Source: Eledone cirrhosa
Taxonomy: Eukaryota
Length of the DNA: 64,000 nt
NCBI GenBank assembly: GCA_964016885.1
Contig: OZ024762.1
Location: forward strand, 25,172,001-25,236,000
Direction of reading: 5' to 3'
This document shows, piece after piece, positions 31,901 through 45,323 of this stretch. The position numbers and the translations under genes were made by a program. Positions within the stretch are counted from its first letter, which is position 1; every line of letters begins with the position of its first letter. Under the pieces are notes generated by a model. The model made no database searches. It saw only the letters and a program-made list of their open reading frames with translations, and was not told the origin of the DNA.

Positions 31901-33682
31901 TTAGAGCAGGGATCTCTCAATTCAGAGGTTCTTTCCACAGACATTCTAACCACATGCCCGAAGTATTAGAGCAGGGATCTCTCTATTCAGAGGTTGTTTC
32001 CACAGACATTCTAACCACATGCCCGAAGTATTAGAGCAGGGATCTCTCAATTCAGAGGTTCTTTCCACAGACATTCTAACCACATGCACGAAGTATTAGA
32101 GCAGGGACCTCTCAATTCAGAGATTGTTTCCACAGACATTCTAACCACATGCCCGAAGTATTAGAGCAGGGATCTCTCAATTCAGAGGTTCTTTCCACAG
32201 ACATTCTAACCACATGCCCGAAGTATTAGAGCAGGGATCTCTCAATTCAGAGGTTCTTTCCACAGACATTCTAACCACATGCCCGAAGTATTAGAGCAGG
32301 GATCTCTCAATTCAGAGGTTTATTTCCACAGACATTCTAACCACATGCCCGAAGTATTAGAGCAGGGATCTCTCAATTCAGAGGTTCTTTCCACAGACAT
32401 TCTAACCACATGCCCGAAGTATTAGAGCAGGGATCTCTCAATTCAGAGGTTCTTTCCACAGACATTCTAACCACATGCCCGAAGTATTAGAGCAGGGATC
32501 TCTCAATTCAGAGGTTCTTTCCACAGACATTCTAACCACATGCCCGAAGTATTAGAGCAGGGATCTCTCAATTCAGAGGTTCTTTCCACAGACATTCTAA
32601 CCACATGCCCGAAGTATTAGAGCAGGGATCTCTCAATTCAGAGGTTCTTTCCACAGACATTCTAACCACATGCCCGAAGTATTAGAGCAGGGATCTCTCA
32701 ATTCAGAGGTTCTTTCCACAGACATTCTAACCACATGCTCGAAGTATTAGAGCAGTGATCTCTCAATTCAGAGATTATTTTCCACAGACATTCTAACCAC
32801 ATGCCCGAAGTATTAGAGCAGTGATCTCTCAATTCAGAGGTTCTTTTCCACAGACATTCTAACCACATGCCCGAAGTATTAGAGCAGTGATCTCTCAATT
32901 CAGAGATTCTTTTCCACAGACATTCTAACCACATGCCCGAAGTATTAGAGCAGTGATCTCTCAATTCAGAGATTCTTTTCCACAGACATTCTAACCACAT
33001 GCCCGAAGTATTAGAGCAGTGATCTCTCAATTCAGAGGTTCTTTCCACAGACATTCTAACCACATGCCCGAAGTATTAGAGCAGTGATCTCTCAATTCAG
33101 AGGTTCTTTCCACAGACATTCTAACCACATGTCCGAAGTATTAGAGCAGTGATCTCTCAATTCAGAAGTTCTTTCCACAGACATTCTAACCACATGCCCG
33201 AAGTATTAGAGCAGGGATCTCTCAATTCAGAGGTTCTTTCCACAGACATTCTAACCACATGCTCGAAGTATTAGAGCAGTGATCTCTCAATTCAGAGGTA
33301 TCTTTTCCACAGACATTCTAACCACATGCCCGAAGTATTAGAGCAGTGATCTCTCAACTCGGAGAAGTAGCATCTCTTTTTAGGATGATTCTCAGATTTT
33401 TAAGCTACGCAATCTATCGAGCAACTATACTTCAAACATCATTCGGGTAACATCCTTTCGGCCACTTCTATTCTGACACCATGTCTGCAATAACAAATCT
33501 ATAAACACTCAATTCGGTGAAGTCACAGCTCTCCCTGAGGCCACTTTCTCATCCCCATGTTACGCACTCTATCGAGTAATGTTACTACTGATATCGTTGG
33601 GAGGAATACCATTTCTGCCATTTGTATCATATTCTTTCGATCATATTCTTTGGGTCATTAGCCAAGAGTCATGACCATACAT
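19985..33682 (-). mobile_element. Decayed RTE LINE ORF2 fragment split by amplification of an internal 65-bp segment
   Basis: Right flank MYGHDSWLMTQR..AEMVFL..VTLLDRVR..LLLRVERSLL; left flank HVVRMSQ*RIAG*ILRTKQTG..IHEIGWSLLGIQP. Confidence 0.8.
20161..33365. repeat. 65-bp tandem satellite, about 200 near-identical units (13.2 kb)
   Basis: Unit ttcagaggttctttccacagacattctaaccacatgcccgaagtattagagcag(t/g)gatctctcaa, period 65; no spacers. Confidence 0.98.
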
Positions 33683-33839
33683 TCAAAATTCAAAATTTGC
33701 TCAATGCACCCCGAACACGTTGGATTTAAATTAAACTTTATAATTTTTTTATAGAATGTTAGTTATTTCAATTTCGCTCAACTACATTTATAAACATCCC
33801 AATTAACGAGACATAGACTAAAAAAGCAAATATACACAT

Positions 33840-34840
33840 TATTTACACATATACACACCTATACACGCACACACATATATAAAGACACATGTGTATATAG
33901 ACACATGTTTACACAAACATACAATATACGTATGTATAAATGCACTTATACATACTTGCATATATTTCAGCAGATTCTCTCCCCTTTCTCTCTTCCTCTC
34001 TTAACGCCAGGTTTTTCGTTTACGATTGCTCAACAAATTATTGATGGTGTGGTTGTTGTTGGTGTTGGTGATGGTTTTTATAGGTGGCGCCGGGGCTGGG
34101 GGTCGAGATTGTTGCTGTCGTGCATTTTTATATCATATATGTGTATATATGCACACACACTAAGAGCCACAGCCACACATACACACTAAATTGTATGTAT
34201 ATGTACGTATATATACATACATACACACATACACGCACACACACACACATATATATATATATATGTATGTGTATATGTATATATATATATATATGTATAT
34301 GTGTGTGTCTATATACATTGATTATTATATAAAAAAGGCATCTATATAGATATATGTATGTATATATATATCTACATACATACACACACACCCAAACACA
34401 CACCCACACAGACACACATATATATATATGTGTGTGTATGTGTGTGTGTGTATGTGTATATGTGTGTATGTGTCCGCATTCTACAAAGATACATACATAT
34501 AAACTCCATCATTAAATGGAGATAAGTGCAAGTGGTTTTTTTGAATAAATTTTGTTATCGTAAACAGTTACGTTTTAATTGTTGCGCATAGGCACGCCTG
34601 CACATTCACCACACACTCACACACACACCACACACACACCAAACACATACACCGCACACACACCACACACACACCACACACACACCACACACTCACACAC
34701 ACACCACACATATGTGTGTGTGTGTGTGTCTATGTGTGCTATGTGCAAGTGAGGTGTGTTCATAGCCAGCTTAGTATATATACGCACACATAAATATATA
34801 TAGCTATACATAGATTTATAGACATTATATGTATACGTGC

Positions 34841-34895
<55 letters not shown>

Positions 34896-34924
34896 TATAT
34901 ATGTATGTATGTATATGTATAAGC

Positions 34925-34965
<41 letters not shown>

Positions 34966-35114
34966 GCTTTATATGTATGTATAAATGCATACATGTATAT
35001 GTATTTATATGTTCAAAGATGCCTGTAAACACCAACATATTTACACATAACACACATACACACACACATACAACATATATATATGTATATATATATATAT
35101 ATATTTACACACCT

Positions 35115-35182
<68 letters not shown>

Positions 35183-35427
35183 ACATATACATATATATAT
35201 ATATATACAGACAAACATACAGACTCATACACACACATATATATAATGTGAGACTACAAAAAGGAATCATTGAACTGTCATTGAATTCTATTCGATTATC
35301 TATCGATATAAATGGTCAAATAAACGTCCGATCAGCTTCGATTTTTAATTAGAGATAATTACGTAGGATACAGAGAATTGGTAATTAGGTGAAGAAAATA
35401 GGAAAACAAGTAGATTTTCACTCACTC

Positions 35428-35488
<61 letters not shown>

Positions 35489-35489
35489 C

Positions 35490-35532
<43 letters not shown>

Positions 35533-35648
35533 GATATACAGATTATACATACACACACACTTACATACATCATACATAGACACAGACATATATATATATG
35601 TGAGTGTGTATGTGTTTGTAGTGTGTCTATTGATTATACTACTGTGTA

Positions 35649-35713
<65 letters not shown>

Positions 35714-36386
35714 TACGTCATACATACATACTGACATACATATCTACAGCCATACACACATACACATTTACACACATACATACACACAGACTTACACACA
35801 TATACATACATACATAAATACATACTTACACACTTACATACACAGACACACTCATACAAACACACATATACTCATACATACATATATCAATACATATATC
35901 AATACATACACACATACATACATGTACACACGCCCATACACATACATACATACACACAACCATGCACACTTACATACATACATACATACACACTTACAAA
36001 CATACATACATACACACACACATACATACCTACATACACACCTACACACATACACACATACATACATACATAGATACATACATACCTACATACACACCTA
36101 CATACATACATACATAGATACACACATACATTCATGCATACATACAACCATATACACACACATACATACATCCATCCATCCATACACACATACATACATA
36201 TAACCATATACACACACACATACATACACACATACATACATCCATCCATACATACACACATACATATCTACATACATACACACACACATACATACCTACA
36301 TACATAGATGAATAGATACATACATAGATACATATATACATACACACATACATGCATACATACATACAACCATATATACACACACA

Positions 36387-36418
<32 letters not shown>

Positions 36419-36660
36419 ACCACCCTGTGTAAATAAACAATTTTAATGCTATATGGTTGAATAGGTTTTGTTGCAATTAATTTAATACAGCGCTAACTTT
36501 TAATGAGTTACACGAAAATAGATGATTACATGAACAACATGAACAACAACAACAGCAGCAGCAGCAGCAGAGCAGCAGCAGTAGCAGCAACAACAACACA
36601 AATAATAATACTGCTACTACTAATACTAATAATAATAATAATAAAAATATCATTAATAAT
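33840..36660. repeat. Microsatellite and low-complexity field ((TA)n, (CA)n, (TACA)n, (CAG/CAA/AAT)n)
   Basis: Direct inspection. Confidence 0.9.
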
Positions 36661-36872
36661 GGTTTCTTTAATGGCCTCAAGGGCTAACATGTATAAAAAC
36701 ATTAGAGACTGCACAGGACGGTACAAAGTGGGTTTTTGCCGTGTAAAAAGGTTACAAAAAGACAGGAACGTGTAAAAACAAATTAAAATTCAAACAACAA
36801 AAATTCCCCAAAAAGGGGAAGCCTCCGAGGGTCACTCGTGGCGAAAACCACACAAAAGACCACGGGGCCACC
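36660..36872 (-). mobile_element. Probable Tx1-like LINE 3' UTR fragment ending in (ATT)n
   Basis: Reverse complement ends gcccttgaggccattaaagaaacc-attattaat, resembling the cccttgtg(g/t)caaataaagaaa ends of the Tx1 copies at 42.7-43.1 kb. Confidence 0.45.
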
Positions 36873-36877
36873 ATTAA

Positions 36878-37155
36878 TAATGATTTCTACTTCAGGCAGA
36901 ATGCCAGCAATTTCTTTTTGTGGGGAGAAAGTCGATTAAATCGATACCAGTGTATTACTGGTACTTTATTTTGTCAACCCCGTAAGGATGAAAGGCAAAG
37001 CTAACCTCGGTGGGATTTGAACTCAGATCATAAAGGGCCGTAACTCTATGCGTGAAAGCATGGCGCCCGACCCTCTACCAATACTGCCAATAATTGTTTC
37101 TACTTTAGGCACAAGGACAGTAATTTGGGGAGAGAGGAAAATGGATTAAATCGAC
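36878..37155 (-). mobile_element. tRNA-derived SINE plus an adjacent partial copy
   Basis: B box gagttcaaatccc, core gcctttcatccttacggggt(c/t)ga.aaaataaagtaccag, tail gtagaaa. Confidence 0.85.
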
Positions 37156-37222
37156 CGCAGAAGGAAAGTGAGTGTGGAAGAAAGCCTGTGAGGGAAAATC
37201 AGAGAGAGAGAGAGAGAAAGAG

Positions 37223-37292
<70 letters not shown>

Positions 37293-37973
37293 ATTAAAGC
37301 TGGTGTAGAAAACAGCAGAAATAAAATCATGGAAAATGTTCGATTATCTATCAATTCCTTAGACTGGCGTTTGATACTAAAGTGAAGCAAGGAAGCAATC
37401 TATCTATCTATCTATCTATCTCTTTATCTGCCTGACGCGTGGAACATCACCGGTAAGCTTTTTTGTTAATTTCTATACAAAAAACGGAACTAATTGTTTG
37501 AAAAAACGTATCATTTTGTAGATTAACTCCCCAACCTGAATTGGCAGCTGGGTGGTAACCCCAATTTAATATAAAAAATTGTTTTAAAATATCAAATTGT
37601 GCCAACTATAAAACATGAATAGCAAGGAAAGAACGCTGGAGACGTTTGACATAGAGAAGAGACGTAGAGAGGCAGATATTAACGTTATATCTGCTTCTGC
37701 TACAATGGACGTCGCCATAGATACAACTGTCAACAAAGAGAAAAAAAATTACCACTTGAAGATTTTAAAATTTCTGCCGTCTAAGCGGAGAAAAATAACA
37801 CACAGGAAAACACAGAAATTAAACCTATTAACAAACATACACATGAAAAAGTCAACAACAACAACAACTCCATAGATACATCTACAGATAAAATTTCACC
37901 TCATCGAGAAATTGAGATTTCCATCACCGAGGCTAACAACGATAACAACAACAGCAACACCACACACAAAAAA

Positions 37974-39059
37974 ATGTCTTTCGCTGAAACAGTGAACAAA
38001 ATACAAGATTTTATAAATCTGGACATCTCCAATGCAAGAGGTATGCTCCAACAAGGGAGAAAATGTGTAACTTTCGAAGACAAGGGTGGGTTTAGAAATA
38101 ACTCACCCCCCGAAATAAAAGAAGAGACAGTTCGAAGAACGAGAAAGCCAATATTTGTTAGTCAAGGAGATATAGAAGCCACCTTCAAGGAGACTCTAGC
38201 AAATATTGACTTTCTCCAACGAGGAAAACAGTACGGAAGTGTTTCCGTACTGTTTAAAAGCGAGGCACTCGCCCAAAAACATTCTGTGACACCAATGGTG
38301 TCAAAAGCATTCACAATTTTCTCTACGTACATGGGAAAAAGGACACAACAAATAAAAAAAAATATACCACCAAACATTAACATCTGGTGGATCTTGGCTG
38401 GCTTCGTAGAGCCAGAGACTGATGTCATTCTTTCAATACGAAAGTCTATTAGACAAAGGTGGGCGGGTACTGATTTTGAGATTCTGATGCAAATGAGGCC
38501 GGAGAGAATCTCCAAAATACCCGAAAAAGTCGTCATCGACGACAACAACAAAATAAACATTAGGGTGGAGGGTCGAAAACTTCATTGCTTTCACTGTGGT
38601 AGCACAGCACACCTAAAGGCCTCCTGTCCTTCACAAACACACCACAACAACATCATTAAAAAAACACTATTACCAACACCAACACGAAAACAGCCACCAC
38701 CACAAGTACAACAGACGAAACGAGAAAACACACCAAAACAAACAGCCACTCAACCAACAACAACAGAAAAAACACAGACAACACCCCTGAAGAACACAGC
38801 CCCCCCCCATCCCACTCCATCAAACACTACCACAAACACACACACCGAAACACCACCACCACACAACATACCCCTACCCCACACTCCTGACGATGATTAT
38901 TCAATGAGAGATGAGGCCGCTTCTCCTTCTTTAAGTGAAGAAGATGGAAAGCCTTGGAAATCTAAAAAAACAAAAAAAAAGAAACACCACAAAACCCCCA
39001 AAACTCCAATCACCAACACCAACACACAACCACAACCACAGACACAAACAACAACATAA
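37974..39059 (+). pseudogene. Tx1 ORF1 (gag-like zinc knuckle), main open segment
   Basis: VEGRKLHCFHCGSTAHLKASC (CX2CX4HX4C), P/T/K-rich tail; homologous to minus-strand fragments at 56906-57433. Confidence 0.85.
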
Positions 39060-39506
39060 ACAACACCACAGTCAAAAATCCCCCTACCAGCAAAACCAAC
39101 ACCAACACCACTCCAAACACAAGCACCCACCATAAAAAGAAAACTCCCGGACGAACAACAAACCAAAACAACACAACAATACCACAAACAACAATACGCA
39201 TACATCAACACAAATAACAAGAGTTTGATGGAGGTCATCTCCCAAAACCCCAAGGTCGAGACGGAGGGCAAAAACTTTCGTCAATTTCTGATAGGTTTCG
39301 ATAGAATCCTATCAGAAATTGAAAAAGGTTTTCGCAGGATGTTGGCAACCCCTGTCAAAAACCTATTAACCACGTCTTATTAAAATGTTTCCTCACCCCA
39401 CCCAACACCCCACCCGAACTGAAATGGAGATTGAACAACCCGATCTCCAGGAAACGAAAAGGTAAGTGCACCATTTCGTCCTTTTCGCCAAATCTTATCC
39501 ACTAAC

Positions 39507-42500
39507 ATGGCTAGTTTACTAGTTGGAAGCGGGAATGTGCGTGGCCGAGGGATGCCCTGCAAACAGGGCCAACTTTTAAACGACCTGAGGTCACACGGTA
39601 TGGATGTGATAGCCATCACCGAGTCCAGTATCCACAACAGGCAGCAAATAACCCCAATCTTCGACGACTTTGAGATCTACTCATCTCTCTGTCAGCCAGG
39701 AGGTGGAGGGGAGTGGCTTTCATGTTTCGGAAGAACCTGGACGTCGAAGTACAGCAAGTACACTTGGACCCGGAGGGTAGACTGGTAGTCCTAGACGTGA
39801 ACAGTATTGGAGGTGGAGCCTTCAGACTAGTGGCCGTTTATGCCCGACCGGGCAATCGCAATCACGGCCAGACTTCTTTAAGCGTCTAGAGTCTTTTCTG
39901 GGAACATCTCACTCCTTACTTTTAGTGGGGGACTGGAATGGTATCCTAGATGCACGATGGGACTATGTGGGAGCATGTTCCAGTAGAGGGGGTGCAACAT
40001 CCTTAAAACTTTAATCGGCCAATTCCAACAGCCGATAGGTATCGACTGCACCACAGTGGGCGTGGGAAAACCGCAGCGGAACATCTAGATCGTATTTAGA
40101 TAGGTTCTTCATTAGAGAAAAAGACAAGGAGATGTTAAGCTGTCCACGAATACACATGCTTGCCTACTCAGATCAAAAATTAGTCGTCTGCTTAGTCAAC
40201 CGTGATAGAATACATAGACAGGGACCCGGATACGGGAAGCTGAACGTGTCGTTGCCGGCACGTAAAGCTTACAGTGAACGGATAAGTAGATTAGTCAAGC
40301 AACAGTTAACGGGAGCCATCGTCAACAATAGATGGTGGTACTCTCTCAAGAAAGCAGTTAGAGTAGAATCGATAGAGTTTAGCAGAGAGTTAGGCTGAGA
40401 GAAAAACATAATAGAAAGAGAACTAGTAGCCAAGGTAGAGGAGGCACTTAGAAGTGGCAACGCGGCTAGAGTGTTAGCGTCGAGAACGGCACTAGACCAG
40501 TTCTTCGACGCGAAACACGAAGGCTGCGTGGTCAGAAGAAAAACACGCGCTCTAGGAAACGAAGGAGCGAAAGCTGTCAGCTGGGCCCGAGTGGCGGAGG
40601 CAAAAAGTGGCAACAAGTCCACGATTCGGTCTTTGAAAGACCAAAACGGACACGTACTACTTGACCACAAGCGAATGTGCACGGCCTTTCAGCAGCACTT
40701 TGCGCGAATGTTTGAGCAGAACGACGGTGTGCCGAACGGGGCAATGGACTTTAGTTCATACCTCGACAGCTTGCCGCGTCTCTCGAACACGGACGCCGAG
40801 TTCTGCGAAAGACCGATCACGGACACTGGGTCGCTGCGAGAAACGCAAGTCACCCGGTCTAGATGGTCTACCCTATGAGTTTTACAAAGGCATGCCGGAC
40901 TTCTTCTCTGGCGTTCTCCAGGCCGTCTACTGCAATTGGCTGCAGAACGGGAGATTTCCCAGTTCTGTAGGCAAGGGCGTAGTAACGCTGATCAAGAAAG
41001 ACGAGAACAAGGGGGACGAAATTAACAACTTCAGGCCCATAACTCTGCTCAACACAGATTTAAAGATTTTGGCCAAGGTGCTAGCGACGTGGTTGGCGCT
41101 TGTCGTCGAGACCTGGTATGGAAAGCGCAAACGTGTGCTATCCCGACCAGGTCCATACACGACAACCCCACCTCACGCGATACATCATAGAGATGGTGGG
41201 TAGTAAAACCGGCTTCGGTGGGGCTCTGATCAATTGGGATCAGTCTAAGGCATTCGATAGGGTCGACCATCGATACTTGGAAGCGGATCTCATGGCGGCC
41301 GGTTTCGGTCCCGGGTTCAGAGGCTGGATCGAGGCGATGCAGACCAGCATCTGCTCGAGGGTCAAGGTGAACGGCTACCTATCGGAACCGTTCGCAATCA
41401 CGCGTTCCATTCGACATGGGTGCCCTCTCTCCTTCATTCTGTATGTATTGACTCTAGAGCAACTACTGTGGAAATTGGAGCTGTTGCAGAGCATCCCTCT
41501 AGAAGCGGGACTGCGCAAAGCCGCGTCGACTTATGCCGCCGAATTTACGGTAATGGTGACGAGCACCTCGGAAATCGGGGTGATTGGCAACTTACTGAAA
41601 GAATACGAATCGCTGACGGGAGCAAAACTAAACCCGGACAAGTCTGTCGGTTTCCAACTCGGTACGTGGAGAGGCAAACCGATGACGTCCGACAGCGTCG
41701 TTGGACGCTGGACGGACGGACCGGTGAAATTGCTCGGGGACTGGTTCGGTCCAGACCTCCAAGTGGAGAAAAACATGAACGAGGTAATGCCCAAGGTGTT
41801 TGCGCTCACCCAGAAGTGGGCAGAGTGAAAACTGTCCTTGAAAGGTCGAGCGGAGGTGCCGAACGCTTTCATAGGGTCCGTCATCTACTACCGCTTGACT
41901 GTCGAGCCTTGTCCCCGTGAACACCTCACCAAGATGGAACGCATGCTCTTCCAGTTTCTGTGGAAGAAGCAGGCTCCGCTGGTGAGGAAATCAGTCTGTT
42001 GTCAGTACCCTTCCTACGGAGAGCTGGGCATGCCGTGGCTGATGATGCGCAAACATGCGCTGAGGTTGCGGCATCTCCAGGTATTCCTCACCGACCCCCA
42101 ACCGGTGTGGGCACCGTTTGTAAGACAGGCTTTTCCACAGCTCGTCTACCTGACGGAGCTGCAGTCCTGGGTCAAGAAAAGACCGAAAACGATGGGCGCC
42201 TGGCACATTGAATGCACTCAGGCGCTCACAGTCCTCTGGCAAGCGGGCGCAGCAATCAGTGGAGACTCCACTTCGACATTCTATAGAGGAATTGTATGTT
42301 ACTAGGGCGACGACGTCCTCGGAGAGACTCTGGGTGTCGAAGACGATGAGCTCACCAGTCTTTTTGGTAGGACTTTCCGCCCAGGACCTATGCACAACTT
42401 CCAGAGATCCCTGAGTGCTACCGAGGAGCTCTACCGGTTCGTGACAAGATCTACAGGCACGGACGCCCCGGCAGGGATCCTTCCAAGAGGACGTGTCCAA

Positions 42501-42660
42501 GATGCGCCCAGGACATTTAAACCGTCCTGCACGCAATTGTACACTGCCCGGGCGTAAGCGACCTGTGGAACTATGCAGAACAACTGTTGTCGCGTATGGG
42601 ACAAATCCAGTTGACTGACGAGTCCAAAGTAAGGATCAAACCGCCAGCCTCTTTCAGCCT
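39507..42660 (+). pseudogene. Tx1 ORF2 (APE endonuclease + RT), multiply frameshifted
   Basis: GNVRG, AITES, GDWN, YLDRF, SDQK; KSPGLDGLPYEFY, FRPITLLNTDLKILAK, DQSKAFDRVDH, RHGCPLS; catalytic YADD mutated to YAAE. Confidence 0.92.
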
Positions 42661-42731
42661 CTGTATGTAAAATCCCCGGCATGTCTTTGTATTGTCCCCT
42701 TTCCTTGTTCGCCCTTGTGTCAAATAAAGAA

Positions 42732-42781
<50 letters not shown>

Positions 42782-42802
42782 TTTTCTACCTATCTATCTA
42801 TC

Positions 42803-43083
42803 TCTTGTGGCTAATAAAGAAATATATCTATCTTTCTATCTGAGGAAGATAAACAGAGGGAAGACAGGAACACCTACAAAAAGCGTTCCTGGTGTTGAGG
42901 GTTTTTCTATCAACGGGGTATAAAACAACCATGCAGTAACGTTCCCCCCTATTGGGGATTTCAATTGTTATTTTATTTTATATAGTTTAGTGTTATTTAT
43001 TGATGTTAAAGTTATTTTTAATTAAAATTCCTGCCGTCTTGTAATGTCCCATTTTTGAACACCCGTGGCAAATAAAGAAAGAT
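42803..43083 (+). mobile_element. Two further Tx1-like 3'-end fragments stacked behind the full element
   Basis: cttgtggctaataaagaaa-tatatctatct (42804-42833) and cccgtggcaaataaagaaa-gatatctatct (43062-43091). Confidence 0.65.
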
Positions 43084-43167
43084 ATCTATCTACTTAGTTC
43101 TCTCTCTCTCTCTCCTTCTCTCCCTCTCTCTCTGCATATATATGTGTGTGTATGTGTTTGTGTATGT

Positions 43168-43203
<36 letters not shown>

Positions 43204-43334
43204 CTGTGTGTATGGATATATATAATATATGTATATGTTTATATATATATACATATATATATATATATACGTATATATTTTAAAGAGTTAAACAAAATTC
43301 AATGAGTACATCAAAGAATGAGTTTTACAGTAGA

Positions 43335-43430
43335 TGTAATCACTACCTTGATTAAATCTTAACCATTTAACATGTCAGGGTATGTCATGTATCATTTTAT
43401 TTTATCTGATGAGGACGTACTATTGAACTT
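43335..43430 (+). mobile_element. Partial pLTR with the 5' half of a hammerhead (family of 49461-50303)
   Basis: taatcactaccttgattaaatc...ttttat-CTGATGA-ggacgtactattgaactt, truncated in the stem II loop. Confidence 0.75.
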
Positions 43431-43484
43431 GATTATAAAATTTAATTGATCAGAAGATCATCGAATTTATTAATATTTGAATTT

Positions 43485-43493
43485 AATATATAC

Positions 43494-43572
<79 letters not shown>

Positions 43573-43618
43573 TACGTATATATATATATATATACACACA
43601 CAAACATATATATATATA

Positions 43619-43693
<75 letters not shown>

Positions 43694-43705
43694 ATATAAA
43701 TATAC

Positions 43706-43762
<57 letters not shown>

Positions 43763-43802
43763 CATACATACATATACATACATATATATATATAAATATA
43801 CG

Positions 43803-43834
<32 letters not shown>

Positions 43835-43872
43835 CATACATATACATACATATATATATATATAAATATACG

Positions 43873-43904
<32 letters not shown>

Positions 43905-44008
43905 CATATATATATACACATACATACATATACATACATATATATATATAATATACGTATATATATACACATACATACATATACATACATATATATATAT
44001 AATATACG

Positions 44009-44072
<64 letters not shown>

Positions 44073-44121
44073 TATACATACATATATATATATATATATA
44101 AATATACGTATATATATATAC

Positions 44122-44155
<34 letters not shown>

Positions 44156-44165
44156 ATAAATATAC

Positions 44166-44208
<43 letters not shown>

Positions 44209-44220
44209 CATATATATAAA
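43485..44220. repeat. (TA)n/(TACA)n microsatellite field
   Basis: Direct inspection. Confidence 0.95.
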
Positions 44221-44373
44221 TTAATAAAAATAATGAATAAAAACAAAGAAACAGTTATTTATATTAAAAAAATAATCATTTTACGATCCTTTCTAGGATA
44301 TATATGTGAGTGTATGTATATCATATAGATCTATGTAAAATGTTTACAAACTATGAGAGGGAATATACATACC

Positions 44374-44795
44374 CTGTCTTCAGAAATAATTGTTTCTACT
44401 TTAGGCACAAGGCCAGCAATTACCCAGTTCATTACCGGTACTTTATTTTATCGGCCACGTAAGGATGAAAGGAAAAGTCAACATCGGCGGGATTTGAACT
44501 CAGATCGTAAAGGGACGTAACTATGCTGGAAAGCATGGCGTCCGACCCTCTACCGATACTGCCAATCCACCTGCTGTCTTCACAAATAATTGTTTCTACT
44601 TTTGGCACAAGGCCAGCATATACCCAGTACATGACTGTTACTTTATTTTATCGACCCCGTAAGGATGAATGGCACAGTTAACCTCGGCGGGATTTGAACT
44701 CAGAATGGAAAGGGCCGTAACTCTATGCGTCAAACATGGCGTCCGACCCACTACCGATACTGCCAATCCACCGCCCTGCTGCCTTCAGAAATAAT
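44374..44795 (-). mobile_element. Tandem SINE dimer with three copies of a 17-bp target-site sequence
   Basis: Two ~190-bp SINEs with A/B boxes; ctgtcttcagaaataat variants at 44374, 44574 and 44779. Confidence 0.88.
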
Positions 44796-45241
44796 GTTAT
44801 TTGTTTATTGAAAAAAAAACAACAAAGATTTAATATAATATGTTTGTTTGGGAACAGGTTTTGAATTGACCAATAGAAAGGTAGTAAGTGGTCAAGATGA
44901 TAGAATAGTAGTAATAGAACTTTAATTTAGGGGTAGAGGAAAGCAGACTTCAGTTTTGAATGGAAAGAGTATTTTGAATGAAAAGATTACTTTGGGGATG
45001 AAAATAGGTCAAGCCGGTGAAAGGTACACGATAATTTGATGTTATAAAAGAATAATGCTAATGTTAAAATCTAAGGAGAATAAAATTTTACGATAAATGT
45101 GTTAGTGAAAAATATCAATCTTATTTAAAACATAAGGAATTTACATCTATAAGGAATCTGCTGGTGTATAAATGACAAATATTTTCTGAAATAAAGCAAA
45201 TAGCATTAAAGTGATTTTCATACGGGACAGACAACATACAT

Positions 45242-45320
<79 letters not shown>

Positions 45321-45323
<3 letters not shown>

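Larger units (their letters stand above)
37430..42732 (+). mobile_element. Near-full-length, decayed Tx1/L1-clade LINE in a (TATC)n repeat
   Basis: ORF1 with CCHC knuckle, ORF2 APE+RT, AATAAA at 42723; (TATC)n at 37398-37420 and 42732-42800. Confidence 0.92.

Noticed and set aside
20161-33365. CRISPR array or repeat-protein gene (including ORF 32698-33063)
   Set aside because: There are no unique spacers and no cas genes. The 65-bp period breaks frame, and the ORF exists only where a few units are 66 bp.
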